DNA of 28,779 bases from positions 1 through 28,779 of the IMG/VR virus record IMGVR_UViG_3300033067_001061; one strand, 5' to 3'. The notes under the pieces were generated by a model that worked only from the letters and a program-made list of their open reading frames with translations, did not search any database and was not told the origin of the DNA. This document shows positions 8,061-16,656 of this stretch, piece after piece. A program made the position numbers and the translations under genes. The DNA comes from a virus. Taxonomy: Duplodnaviria; Caudoviricetes. Each line of letters begins with the position of its first letter. The first letter of the stretch is position 1.

Positions 8061-8743
8061 ATTTAAGAAAAGCCAGATTTTCAAATGCTCCTTGGTTTGA
8101 TAGGGTACAAGCATCAAATGCTATAATAGGTGGTGCTGGTAATATTGGATCTTGGGTATCTTTATTTCTTGCTAGACAAGGTTGTAGTATATATGTATAT
8201 GATTTTGATTTTGTAGACGAATCTAATATAGCTGCACAGTTATACCCTGTATCTGGTATTGGAAATCTCAAAACAGAAGTTTTATCTGAAACATTATCAA
8301 ATCTTGTTAATTCTGACATTGAATTTTCAGGTAAATTTACAGCATTAGAAAGATTTGAAAAAGGATCAATGATAGATAAGTATTGTTTTTCATGTTTTGA
8401 TAATATGGAAGCAAGAAAAGCATTATTTGAATCTTGGGTAGATTTATATAGTACTTCTGAAGATGCTATATTTATAGATGGTAGATTATTAGCAGAAATT
8501 GGACAAGTATTCTTTGTTACTAAAGATAGAATAGAACAATATAGAGCTACTTTATTTAGTGATGCTGAAGTAGCTTTAGAAGACTGCGCTTACAAAGGTA
8601 CTACACATTGTTCAGCTATTATAGCTGGTTTAATGGTTAGTGGTTTTAATAATTTCTTAACCAATTTGGATAATAAAGTCAGAGATTTGCCATTTAATAT
8701 AGATTATCAGTTACCATTATTTAATTTTGATATAAAATCATGA
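8027..8743 (+). CDS. ThiF/MoeB/E1-family Ubl-activating enzyme
   Basis: GGAGNIGS nucleotide-binding loop, DFDFVDESN, K in NLKTE, CFDNMEAR, IDGR; candidate catalytic Cys in EDCAYK. Confidence 0.92.
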   Translation: MEQQTEEIKKVDLRKARFSNAPWFDRVQASNAIIGGAGNIGSWVSLFLARQGCSIYVYDFDFVDESNIAAQLYPVSGIGNLKTEVLSETLSNLVNSDIEFSGKFTALERFEKGSMIDKYCFSCFDNMEARKALFESWVDLYSTSEDAIFIDGRLLAEIGQVFFVTKDRIEQYRATLFSDAEVALEDCAYKGTTHCSAIIAGLMVSGFNNFLTNLDNKVRDLPFNIDYQLPLFNFDIKS

Positions 8744-9687
8744 ATTTAAGAAATATAACTCTTGGTAGTGAGTTTGAAACAAGAGATAGTGATTATATAA
8801 TACCTACTTTATCTAGACAATATACTCCTGTATGTACATTGAAGAGATTAAATTATACTTATTATAGAGAAACTCATATTGATAAATATCATATAACAAA
8901 AAATAAAGATATAAAAGATAGTACAGTTAAAATAAACTCTTCAATAATAAATGATAATATATTATATTGTAAATCTAAAAGAGAAGTTTTTGATAAAATT
9001 CTTTATTTTTTAACTGATTATGAAGAATATATGCTTTCTAGTGAAAGATATGAAGTTCCTAGTAGATATTTAAATTATCTTCATCAAAATAGGATAATTA
9101 ATTTGTTTATTAATGATAATAATATATCAAGAAATTCTTATTCTATAGTATCTAATATTTCTAATAAATTTATTATAAATAAAGGAACTATTTTACTTAT
9201 TAAAAATAATAAAGTTATCCCAATATTCATGTTGATGATAAAAAATCAGTATATCCATGATTTTAAAGTAGCAAATACTCTTGATCTGGATATAGATAAT
9301 TCACAATTTGAATTTTGGATTAATAAAGATTTAGAAAAACTTTTAGAAGAAAAAGAATATAGATTGTTTACTAAGTTGATAAATAGTATTAAAGATAATG
9401 ATATTAAATGTATTGTTAAATCAGGTATAACTGAATTATCTAATCAGATCTTTTTACCTAAATTATCAACAATTTCAGATAGGATAGAATGGTTAGATTC
9501 TGTAAAGAAAGAATATCTTAATTATAGTATTGGAACTGATTATCCTGTAAAAGAATATGATATTATTGTACCTAAAATAGAGGATTGTGATATGAAATTC
9601 AAATCTCGTAATTTAAATAATCTTATTAAAGGGAATAATAAGAGTATACCTAAACAAAAGAAAATTAACAAATTTCAATTAGTATAA
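8740..9687 (+). CDS. Hypothetical protein, translationally coupled to E1
   Basis: 315-aa ORF with an ATGA overlap on the E1 stop; no motif recognised. Confidence 0.75.
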   Translation: MNLRNITLGSEFETRDSDYIIPTLSRQYTPVCTLKRLNYTYYRETHIDKYHITKNKDIKDSTVKINSSIINDNILYCKSKREVFDKILYFLTDYEEYMLSSERYEVPSRYLNYLHQNRIINLFINDNNISRNSYSIVSNISNKFIINKGTILLIKNNKVIPIFMLMIKNQYIHDFKVANTLDLDIDNSQFEFWINKDLEKLLEEKEYRLFTKLINSIKDNDIKCIVKSGITELSNQIFLPKLSTISDRIEWLDSVKKEYLNYSIGTDYPVKEYDIIVPKIEDCDMKFKSRNLNNLIKGNNKSIPKQKKINKFQLV

Positions 9688-9688
9688 C

Positions 9689-10885
9689 ATGAGAGAAATA
9701 ATACAACAACAAGCCTTCAGTGCATGGGCTGCTAATCCAAGATCAGTTCTTGAGATAGCTACAGGTGTAGGGAAGACTAAAATAGCTATTATGGCTATAA
9801 ATGCTGTTGTAGATAAATTCCCTGATGCTAAAATACTAATAATAGTTCCTACAGAACTAATACGAGATAAAGTCTTTCCTGAAGATTTTGCTAAATTCGG
9901 GAAAAGTAATTTACTAGCAAATTGTACTATAGAGTGTATTCAGACTGTTTATAAATGGACAGATACTGAGTGGAAACTTGTAGTATGTGATGAAATTCAT
10001 AATTATTTACCTAAAAATGGTGAAACTAATTATGAGTATTTTAAGTTCTTTGAAAGAAATGTTTATCAATATTTTCTAGGTCTTAGTGCAACGATTGATG
10101 ATTCTTTAAAATTGTTCCAACATAAATTGGGACCTACAGCATTTAGATATACTATTTCACAGGCTGCAAAAGATGGTGTGGTGTCAGCTTTTAAATTTGT
10201 GAATTATGCAGTATCTTTAACTGAAGAAGAAGAAAAAGAATTAAAAGTAGTACAGAGAAATTATAACTATTATGAGCATCTATTAGGCGGTCCTTATGAA
10301 GCATTTCATAATGCTGTCATGTATAGAAGTAACGGTACTGAAGAACAAAAGATTCATGCAAATATATTTTATGGCTGTATCAAGAAGCGTAAGTCTATAT
10401 TAGACAAAGCTTATAATAAAATAATAATAGCCAGACAAATTATAGATTTGTTTCCTGAATCTAATGGTATATTATTTTCTGCAGATATAGATCAGTGTGA
10501 GAAGTTGATTTTAGGTAGAAATGATAGTATAATCTATCATTCTAAACTTAAAAAGAAAGAAAGATTAGCTGCAATATCTGCATTAGAAGATGGTAGAACC
10601 AGAATAAGGTTTATTAGTACTGTTAAGGCGTTAAATGAAGGTGTATCTATAAATAATCTGGAAGTTGGAATACAGTTGGCTGGAAACTCTAAATCCAAAG
10701 ACTTAGTTCAACAGACTGGACGTATTTGTAGGTATGTAGAAGGGAAGAAGCCTTTTATGATTAGATTATATATTCAAGGTACTCAAGATGAGAAATGGCT
10801 TAGAAAATCACAAAAAGATTTTGATAAATCTTCAGTCTATTGGATAAATTCAATAGATCAATTAATAACAATTAAAAACTTATAA
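9689..10885 (+). CDS. Superfamily 2 DExH helicase
   Basis: Walker A ATGVGKT, DEIH, SAT, LNEGV, QQTGRICR. Confidence 0.92.
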   Translation: MREIIQQQAFSAWAANPRSVLEIATGVGKTKIAIMAINAVVDKFPDAKILIIVPTELIRDKVFPEDFAKFGKSNLLANCTIECIQTVYKWTDTEWKLVVCDEIHNYLPKNGETNYEYFKFFERNVYQYFLGLSATIDDSLKLFQHKLGPTAFRYTISQAAKDGVVSAFKFVNYAVSLTEEEEKELKVVQRNYNYYEHLLGGPYEAFHNAVMYRSNGTEEQKIHANIFYGCIKKRKSILDKAYNKIIIARQIIDLFPESNGILFSADIDQCEKLILGRNDSIIYHSKLKKKERLAAISALEDGRTRIRFISTVKALNEGVSINNLEVGIQLAGNSKSKDLVQQTGRICRYVEGKKPFMIRLYIQGTQDEKWLRKSQKDFDKSSVYWINSIDQLITIKNL

Positions 10886-10889
10886 AACT

Positions 10890-11123
10890 ATGTCTAAAAC
10901 AATAAACCCAGATGATGTGCCTGAAAAGGTCTTAAAAGAATACATTAGTAATATACAAGCAATTTATAATTATAAGAGTATTTCATACAAGAAGATAAAA
11001 ATTGAATTAAAGGGATTATATGGGATTGACGTTGATATAGATAGGATAGAAGAAAATTGTGAGGCAGACGAGCAAGCTGCAGATCTTGCTCAGCAATTTA
11101 AAAATTTAGGTATAAGATGTTAA
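10890..11123 (+). CDS. Hypothetical protein
   Basis: 77-aa ORF tightly packed in the operon. Confidence 0.7.
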   Translation: MSKTINPDDVPEKVLKEYISNIQAIYNYKSISYKKIKIELKGLYGIDVDIDRIEENCEADEQAADLAQQFKNLGIRC

Positions 11124-11689
11124 TAGAATTTAATGTTAATCAATTGATAGTTAACAAACTAACTTTTGAGGAATATTTCTTACTATTTTGCATTAAGTAT
11201 TCTCACGAAGGAATCTTAATAAGTTATGTAAAAAATGTATCACAATATCCAGACGAGGTTTTTGAAAAATTACAAGAACAAGGTTTCTTGAACTATGCTC
11301 GTAATGAAAATGGTGATATATTATTTCGTTCTTTGAAATTAGGAGATAAAGCCGTAACTTTATTTCCTTTAAATAACCAAAGTTTTGAGGTATGTTTTGC
11401 TGAATTAAAGCAGACATACCCCAAAAAGTTTGGGGAAAGAGTATTACATTTAGATAATGCTAGATGTATAGAGCTTTATAAAAAAGCTATTATTAATAAT
11501 GGTGTTGTTGATTTGGAAAAACATAATCTGATTATAAAATGTATAAAATTAGAGGTAGAAAAGAGGACCAATACTGGTCAATTAAAGTTTATGCAAGCTC
11601 TACCTACATATTTACATCAGAAGAATTGGGAACCATATATTGATGAACTTAATAATAGTACAACAGAAGAAGATATAGATGCAATATGA
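11117..11689 (+). CDS. Putative replication initiator or helicase-loader-like protein
   Basis: N-terminal wHTH-like segment (LQEQGFL); C-terminal YPKK...FMQALPTYLHQKNWE resembles phage replisome organisers; directly upstream of the DnaB-like helicase. Confidence 0.6.
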   Translation: MLIEFNVNQLIVNKLTFEEYFLLFCIKYSHEGILISYVKNVSQYPDEVFEKLQEQGFLNYARNENGDILFRSLKLGDKAVTLFPLNNQSFEVCFAELKQTYPKKFGERVLHLDNARCIELYKKAIINNGVVDLEKHNLIIKCIKLEVEKRTNTGQLKFMQALPTYLHQKNWEPYIDELNNSTTEEDIDAI

Positions 11690-12759
11690 CATTTGAAGAA
11701 AGAATACAAGCAGGACTTGATGGAAAATATCAAGGGCTTAATAATGGGTTGGGTCGTATAAACAAATATATCTTTGGAGTACAAAGAGCTTGCTATACAC
11801 TTTTAGGTGGATTATCAGGTAGTGCTAAGACAACATTAGTTGATTTTATACTTATAAATGCTTTAGAAGATGCAATGAGTAAAAATATTCCAATAAATAT
11901 TTTTTATTATTGTTTAGAAATTGATGAAGCTAGTAAGCGTGCTAATTGGTTATCTGTTCTAATATACAAGAAATATGATATTATCATTTCTCCTGAAACT
12001 ATCAAAGGACTTGGTGATAACAGATTAACTGAAGATCAACTTAAAATAGTCACTGATGAGTTACCCAATTTAAATATTCTATTTAGTAAGATTACCTGGT
12101 TTTTTGAAGCCACTAACCCTACTGGAGTATATCATACTATATGGAAACATATGGAAGGTAGAGGTACTTTTGAAAAAGAAGGTTATACGGATTCTGATGG
12201 TAAACCTCAGTTTAGAATTATAAGATTCGTACCTCATAATTCTGAAGAATACAATATAGTTGTTGGGGATCACTTAGCTTTATTTAAAACTGAAAGGGGG
12301 TTTACGTTGAAACAAAATCTTGATAAGCTTTCTGAATATAGTATTACATTACGTAATCTATTTAAGATAACGTTCTTTTGGTTACAACAATTCAATCAGG
12401 GCCTTAGTTCTGTAGAAAGATCTAAATATAAAGGTGTTGATATTTCTCCTCAACAGAGTGACTTTAAAGACAGTACAACTCCATATGCTGATGCTGATAT
12501 AGTTTTAGGACTAATGAATGCATATCAAATGGATATGGATATTTGTCTTGGTTACAATATTAATAAAAAGGATAACGGATACTCTTTATACAATAGATTT
12601 AGAATGCTTAAAGTAGTAAAGAATAGGCTTAGTAGGGATAATGTCAAAATAGGACTATTATTCTTAGCTGAAGCAGGTAGTTTTGAAGAATTACCAAAAC
12701 CTACAGATATCACACAAGCTGATAAAGATAGGTATAACAAATTAATAACAGATAGATAA
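11686..12759 (+). CDS. DnaB-like (SF4) replicative helicase
   Basis: Walker A GLSGSAKTT, LEID, VVGDHL, LQQFN, DADIVL, KNR. Confidence 0.85.
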   Translation: MTFEERIQAGLDGKYQGLNNGLGRINKYIFGVQRACYTLLGGLSGSAKTTLVDFILINALEDAMSKNIPINIFYYCLEIDEASKRANWLSVLIYKKYDIIISPETIKGLGDNRLTEDQLKIVTDELPNLNILFSKITWFFEATNPTGVYHTIWKHMEGRGTFEKEGYTDSDGKPQFRIIRFVPHNSEEYNIVVGDHLALFKTERGFTLKQNLDKLSEYSITLRNLFKITFFWLQQFNQGLSSVERSKYKGVDISPQQSDFKDSTTPYADADIVLGLMNAYQMDMDICLGYNINKKDNGYSLYNRFRMLKVVKNRLSRDNVKIGLLFLAEAGSFEELPKPTDITQADKDRYNKLITDR

Positions 12760-12760
12760 G

Positions 12761-13444
12761 ATGGCAAAGGTTACTATAGTCTGTGGGGATACTGGCACAG
12801 GTAAATCAACTAGTATTAAAAATCTTAATCCTTCTGAAACATATATCGTTAATACATTAAATAAACCACTTCCTTTCAAGGGATCTAAAGGTATATATAA
12901 TGAATCTAAGAAGAATACAAAAGCTACTGATAGTTATCAGGATGTTGGTAGTATTCTTAAAGGTATTAATGAACAAGCTCCTCATATAAAGAATGTGATT
13001 GTGGATGACATAGGTTTTGTAATGACTACAGAATTATTTGCTCGTTCTAAAGAAACAGGATATGGTAAGTTTGTAGATATTGGATTACATATGCAGCAAC
13101 TTCTTTCTTATGCTAAAAACATGAGAGAAGATTTGAATGTTGTTTTTGTATTCCATGAAGAAGATGATGTTTCTGATAGAATTAAAGTTGGAAAAAAATT
13201 AAAAACAATTGGTGCAATGCTTGAAGATAAATACAATCCATTAGGAGTTGTAACTTGTGCATTGTTTACTAATGTAGCATATGATGATAAAACAGGTGAT
13301 GCTAGATATAGCTTTATTACTAATCGTACATTGAAAAATGGTTTAGTAATTCCAGCGAAATCACCTCAAGGGATGTTTGATTCTCTTGAGATACCAAATG
13401 ATTTGTCTATAGTATTTAAAGCTATGGATGAATATTATAATTAA
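12761..13444 (+). CDS. P-loop ATPase, Sak4/AAA_24-like recombination protein
   Basis: GDTGTGKST, VIVDD, FVFH, AKSP; located upstream of the SSB-like gene. Confidence 0.8.
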   Translation: MAKVTIVCGDTGTGKSTSIKNLNPSETYIVNTLNKPLPFKGSKGIYNESKKNTKATDSYQDVGSILKGINEQAPHIKNVIVDDIGFVMTTELFARSKETGYGKFVDIGLHMQQLLSYAKNMREDLNVVFVFHEEDDVSDRIKVGKKLKTIGAMLEDKYNPLGVVTCALFTNVAYDDKTGDARYSFITNRTLKNGLVIPAKSPQGMFDSLEIPNDLSIVFKAMDEYYN

Positions 13445-13463
13445 TAATAAATAAAATAAATAT

Positions 13464-13676
13464 ATGATTCAAATATCAAAGAAAGAGTTAACTGAAATGG
13501 TTAACAGTGGAAAGAAGAAAGAGGAGATTGCTTCTAAATATAACTTAACAAACGCTGCAACAACACGTTTGTTAAAAGATGCTGGTTTAAAGATTAAAAA
13601 AACTCATAAACCAACATTTACTTTAGTAGATGATACTACTGTAGTTACAGAAAATGCAAGTCCTCTTAATGTTTAA
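13464..13676 (+). CDS. Small HTH DNA-binding protein
   Basis: KEEIASKYNLTNAATTRLLKDAG resembles a helix-turn-helix. Confidence 0.65.
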   Translation: MIQISKKELTEMVNSGKKKEEIASKYNLTNAATTRLLKDAGLKIKKTHKPTFTLVDDTTVVTENASPLNV

Positions 13677-13693
13677 TTAATAAAGTATATATA

Positions 13694-14251
13694 ATGTTTG
13701 ATTTTAAAGATGCTCAAGAGAGCAAAAATACATATTTAAGTCCTGGTGTTCATACAGTTAAGACTACACAGATTATTAGTGATGTTGCTCCTAAAACTGG
13801 AGCTCCATTTATTGAATGGTCTATTATAGATAAAGCTGGATTAGTTTCAAGTAATCGTTTTTATCTTAACACTACTGTAAAAGAAGGTAGCGAGAAAAGT
13901 GCTTGGGATATTACAAAACCAGCTATTGTTAATGTAATTGCTGCAATTAATAATATTAGTTTTGAAGAAGCTAAGGCTAAGTTGCCATCTGCATCTAGTC
14001 CTGCTGAATTATCTGCAGAATTAGCTAAAATGACAGTTAATAAAGCTTTTGATGTTCGTTTAAATGGTAAAGAAATTCAAGGTCAGAATGGTAAGAACAA
14101 TTGGATTAAGGCAGAATTTAATTTTGCTAAAGGTACTGTTGCTCCTGCTGGATCTAATTCTTTAACATTTGATGAATCTAAGCATGTTAAAAGGTTAGTT
14201 GCTCCATCAACTCCTGGTATTAATACTACTGGTGCTGATATGAATTGGTAA
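13694..14251 (+). CDS. Single-stranded DNA-binding protein (OB-fold, DUF669-like)
   Basis: YLSPGVHTVK start, KTGAPFIEW, flexible tail ending DMNW; lies between the Sak4-like ATPase and the primase. Confidence 0.7.
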   Translation: MFDFKDAQESKNTYLSPGVHTVKTTQIISDVAPKTGAPFIEWSIIDKAGLVSSNRFYLNTTVKEGSEKSAWDITKPAIVNVIAAINNISFEEAKAKLPSASSPAELSAELAKMTVNKAFDVRLNGKEIQGQNGKNNWIKAEFNFAKGTVAPAGSNSLTFDESKHVKRLVAPSTPGINTTGADMNW

Positions 14252-14260
14252 TAAATAATT

Positions 14261-14321
14261 AAAATGTGGTAGGGGGTTTGCAGTTTGCAGTATTTGCAGT
14301 GTTTGCTCCTTACCATATTTT
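14261..14321 (+). repeat. Long hairpin enclosing four TTTGC(AG) direct repeats
   Basis: Stem 14261-14276 / 14306-14321 with G-U pairs; TTTGC at 14277, 14284, 14293 and 14302. Confidence 0.7.
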
Positions 14322-14336
14322 TATAAAACTTCATAT

Positions 14337-15368
14337 ATGTTTGATTTTAGCAATGCTGAACTAGATATTACAAAGGAAGAGATTTTAGCTAAAATATCTG
14401 AATATCAAATATTTAAGTATTATTGTAGAAATTTTGAAGAATTGGATAAATCCTTTTTAAGTGAATTTTATCTGGATTCTAATCCTTCTTGTCGTATTTA
14501 TATAAATAACAATAATAATCTTTATTATAAAGATTTTGGAACAGGAGAACATTTAAGTTGTTTTGATTACATTTGTAAAAAGTATAATATAACTTATTAT
14601 GAATGTTTACGAGTAATATCTAATGATTTTAACATTAGAAGTATCAAAGTCAATGTAGAACCTTCTCTGATAGTATCTAACGATGTTCTTAATATACCTG
14701 TAAAACCTCGTATAAAGAGTCATATAGAGATTGTATCACAGAATTATACGATAACAGATGCCAGATATTGGTCTAAATACCATATTCCTCTTCAAATGCT
14801 TGAAGATTATGATGTTTTTAGTGCCAGATTTGTATATCTGCATACTTCTAAAGGGTCTACAGTATTTGAATATAAGAAGTCAAATCCTATTTATGCTTAT
14901 CGTTTTGTAGGAGATAATAAATATTCTTATAAAATATACTTTCCTTTAGCTGAAAGGAAATATAAATGGTTATTTAGTGGTGGTAGTAAGGATGATATTG
15001 AAGGGTTTGATAATTTGGATATGTCAGGAGAATACCTTATATTGACTAAATCACTTAAAGATTGTATGGCATATAGGTTATTTGGAATAAATGCTATAAG
15101 CTTACAAGGTGAGGCAAATAAACTTTCATCAGAACTTGTTCAGAAAATACTTAAAAGATATGATAAAATCATACTTAATTATGATAATGATGACCAAGGA
15201 ATTAAATCTGCTGCTTCTTTAACTCAACAATATGGCTTTAGTAGCTATATATTTGATGAATCTAAAGATTTAAGTGACCTTATTAAAGATAAGGGTATAA
15301 GATTTGCTAAAAAAACATTAGAAAATAAATTAGGAGTTAAATTAAAAATGAATAAAAAATATGAGTAA
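14337..15368 (+). CDS. DNA primase (degenerate CHC2-like N-terminus plus TOPRIM)
   Basis: DSNPSC...YYKDFG N-terminal domain; TOPRIM LILTKSLKD, YDNDDQG, KDLSD. Confidence 0.85.
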   Translation: MFDFSNAELDITKEEILAKISEYQIFKYYCRNFEELDKSFLSEFYLDSNPSCRIYINNNNNLYYKDFGTGEHLSCFDYICKKYNITYYECLRVISNDFNIRSIKVNVEPSLIVSNDVLNIPVKPRIKSHIEIVSQNYTITDARYWSKYHIPLQMLEDYDVFSARFVYLHTSKGSTVFEYKKSNPIYAYRFVGDNKYSYKIYFPLAERKYKWLFSGGSKDDIEGFDNLDMSGEYLILTKSLKDCMAYRLFGINAISLQGEANKLSSELVQKILKRYDKIILNYDNDDQGIKSAASLTQQYGFSSYIFDESKDLSDLIKDKGIRFAKKTLENKLGVKLKMNKKYE

Positions 15369-15792
15369 AATTAAAGTGGGTTTTGAGATAACAGACTCAT
15401 GGAATATAGAGGCTTTTCGTAATGTAATTTATACTCTTAAAAATAAGCCTCAAGAGATGAATAAAAAGTTGGAAGCTGGAGATGTTGAATTATTTCTGGT
15501 TTCTACTGATGATAGTTCATTTTATATATGGTCAGTTAGAGATATTATAGGATTAGATGCATCTCATGCTTTCAATTCTCCTACAATAACTTCTAAATTG
15601 AACACTATAAATAATGAAGGAATACAAATATTTCTTGATAACTTACAAAATACTGTTATGCAGATAGATGAATTATCTTTAACTGCAGATGGTATATTGG
15701 TTGATTATAAAATGGATGGGTTTAATTTAAATCCTAAGTGGTATCAGCAGTTACAAGAGAAACTAAATAAATTGGTTGATGAAAGCTGTTAA
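15361..15792 (+). CDS. Hypothetical protein, possibly degenerate HAD-like fold
   Basis: KVGFEITD, LFLVST, K and IFLDN occur in the order of HAD motifs I-IV, without a canonical DxD. Confidence 0.55.
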   Translation: MSKIKVGFEITDSWNIEAFRNVIYTLKNKPQEMNKKLEAGDVELFLVSTDDSSFYIWSVRDIIGLDASHAFNSPTITSKLNTINNEGIQIFLDNLQNTVMQIDELSLTADGILVDYKMDGFNLNPKWYQQLQEKLNKLVDESC

Positions 15793-16285
15793 AGCAAAAA
15801 AGAAGAGAAATCCTTTTAGGGTTGGTGGAGTTAAGATTAAGAATGCTAAGAAGAAAGTTGTAGATGGAATAAAGTTTAAATCTTCATTAGAAGCCTTTTG
15901 TTATACTCAATTAAAACATAATGGTTTTAAAGATTTCCAATATGAAGGTCATAAATTTATATTACAAGATAAATTTGATTTTCCTTTGTTAAGTTGGGAA
16001 CTGCAAAGTAAGAAGGTTAAAGGTAAAATTATTAAAACTTTTGGACCAGATTCAATGAAAATCAGAGCTATTACTTATACTCCTGATTTTGTATGTATTG
16101 ATAAGGATAGAAAGGGTTGGATAATTGAAACTAAAGGTTTTGAAACAACTGATTTTAAGATTAAATGGAAAATGTTTAAGAAACTTTTAGCTGATCATCA
16201 GTTTCAAGTGGATTTATATGTTCCAAATACACAAGAAAATGTACTTAATACTATTAATTTAATTAAAAAAAGGAGGGAATTATGA
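15776..16285 (+). CDS. PD-(D/E)xK endonuclease (DUF1064 / phage resolvase-like)
   Basis: DGIKFKSSLE, YTPDF, IETKG. Confidence 0.85.
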   Translation: MMKAVKAKKKRNPFRVGGVKIKNAKKKVVDGIKFKSSLEAFCYTQLKHNGFKDFQYEGHKFILQDKFDFPLLSWELQSKKVKGKIIKTFGPDSMKIRAITYTPDFVCIDKDRKGWIIETKGFETTDFKIKWKMFKKLLADHQFQVDLYVPNTQENVLNTINLIKKRREL

Positions 16286-16656
16286 TTTTATTATTATCAT
16301 GCTTAAGTTTATTTATAACTTGTTTTTACATCATGTCTGTTGTTACTGGTGATTTCTTTAAATATCTAGCTGGTTATATAGTTGGTGAACAAAGAAGGTT
16401 TTATGGGATTATGAGTTATGTGGAAGTAGCTCTTATTATTTTAACTTTATTTACCTGTGAAAGAGGAAGTCAATCCATGATTTTTATCTTTGTATTATTA
16501 GGATGGTTACTTAGTTGGGCTATATTTGTACCAGCATATGATATGTATTCAGATAAAAGGAAAGGATATTTATTTATATGGGTTGCTATTTGTATATACT
16601 CAATTATAACTATTATAAATATTAATGAAACTTATCTATGGATAAAGACGATTTAA
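16282..16656 (+). CDS. Membrane protein with about 4 hydrophobic segments
   Basis: Four long hydrophobic stretches in 124 aa; ATGA overlap with the previous gene. Confidence 0.7.
   Translation: MILLLSCLSLFITCFYIMSVVTGDFFKYLAGYIVGEQRRFYGIMSYVEVALIILTLFTCERGSQSMIFIFVLLGWLLSWAIFVPAYDMYSDKRKGYLFIWVAICIYSIITIININETYLWIKTI

Noticed and set aside
8027-8743. ThiF as a thiamine/molybdopterin biosynthesis or tRNA-thiolation enzyme
   Set aside because: No thiG, moaE, cysteine desulfurase or rhodanese gene is nearby, and the neighbours are JAB, E2-like and Ubl genes. Disfavoured, not formally excluded.
4268-11780. TAnnTTTG Bacteroidota-type promoter matches (TATCTTTG near 4270 and 11770)
   Set aside because: Both are inside coding regions, and such matches are expected by chance in AT-rich DNA; not supportable without transcript data.
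14277-14306. CRISPR or mini-array interpretation of the TTTGC repeats and of the 1058/1345 repeats
   Set aside because: The units are too short or are separated by whole genes; there is no repeat-spacer periodicity and no cas gene.
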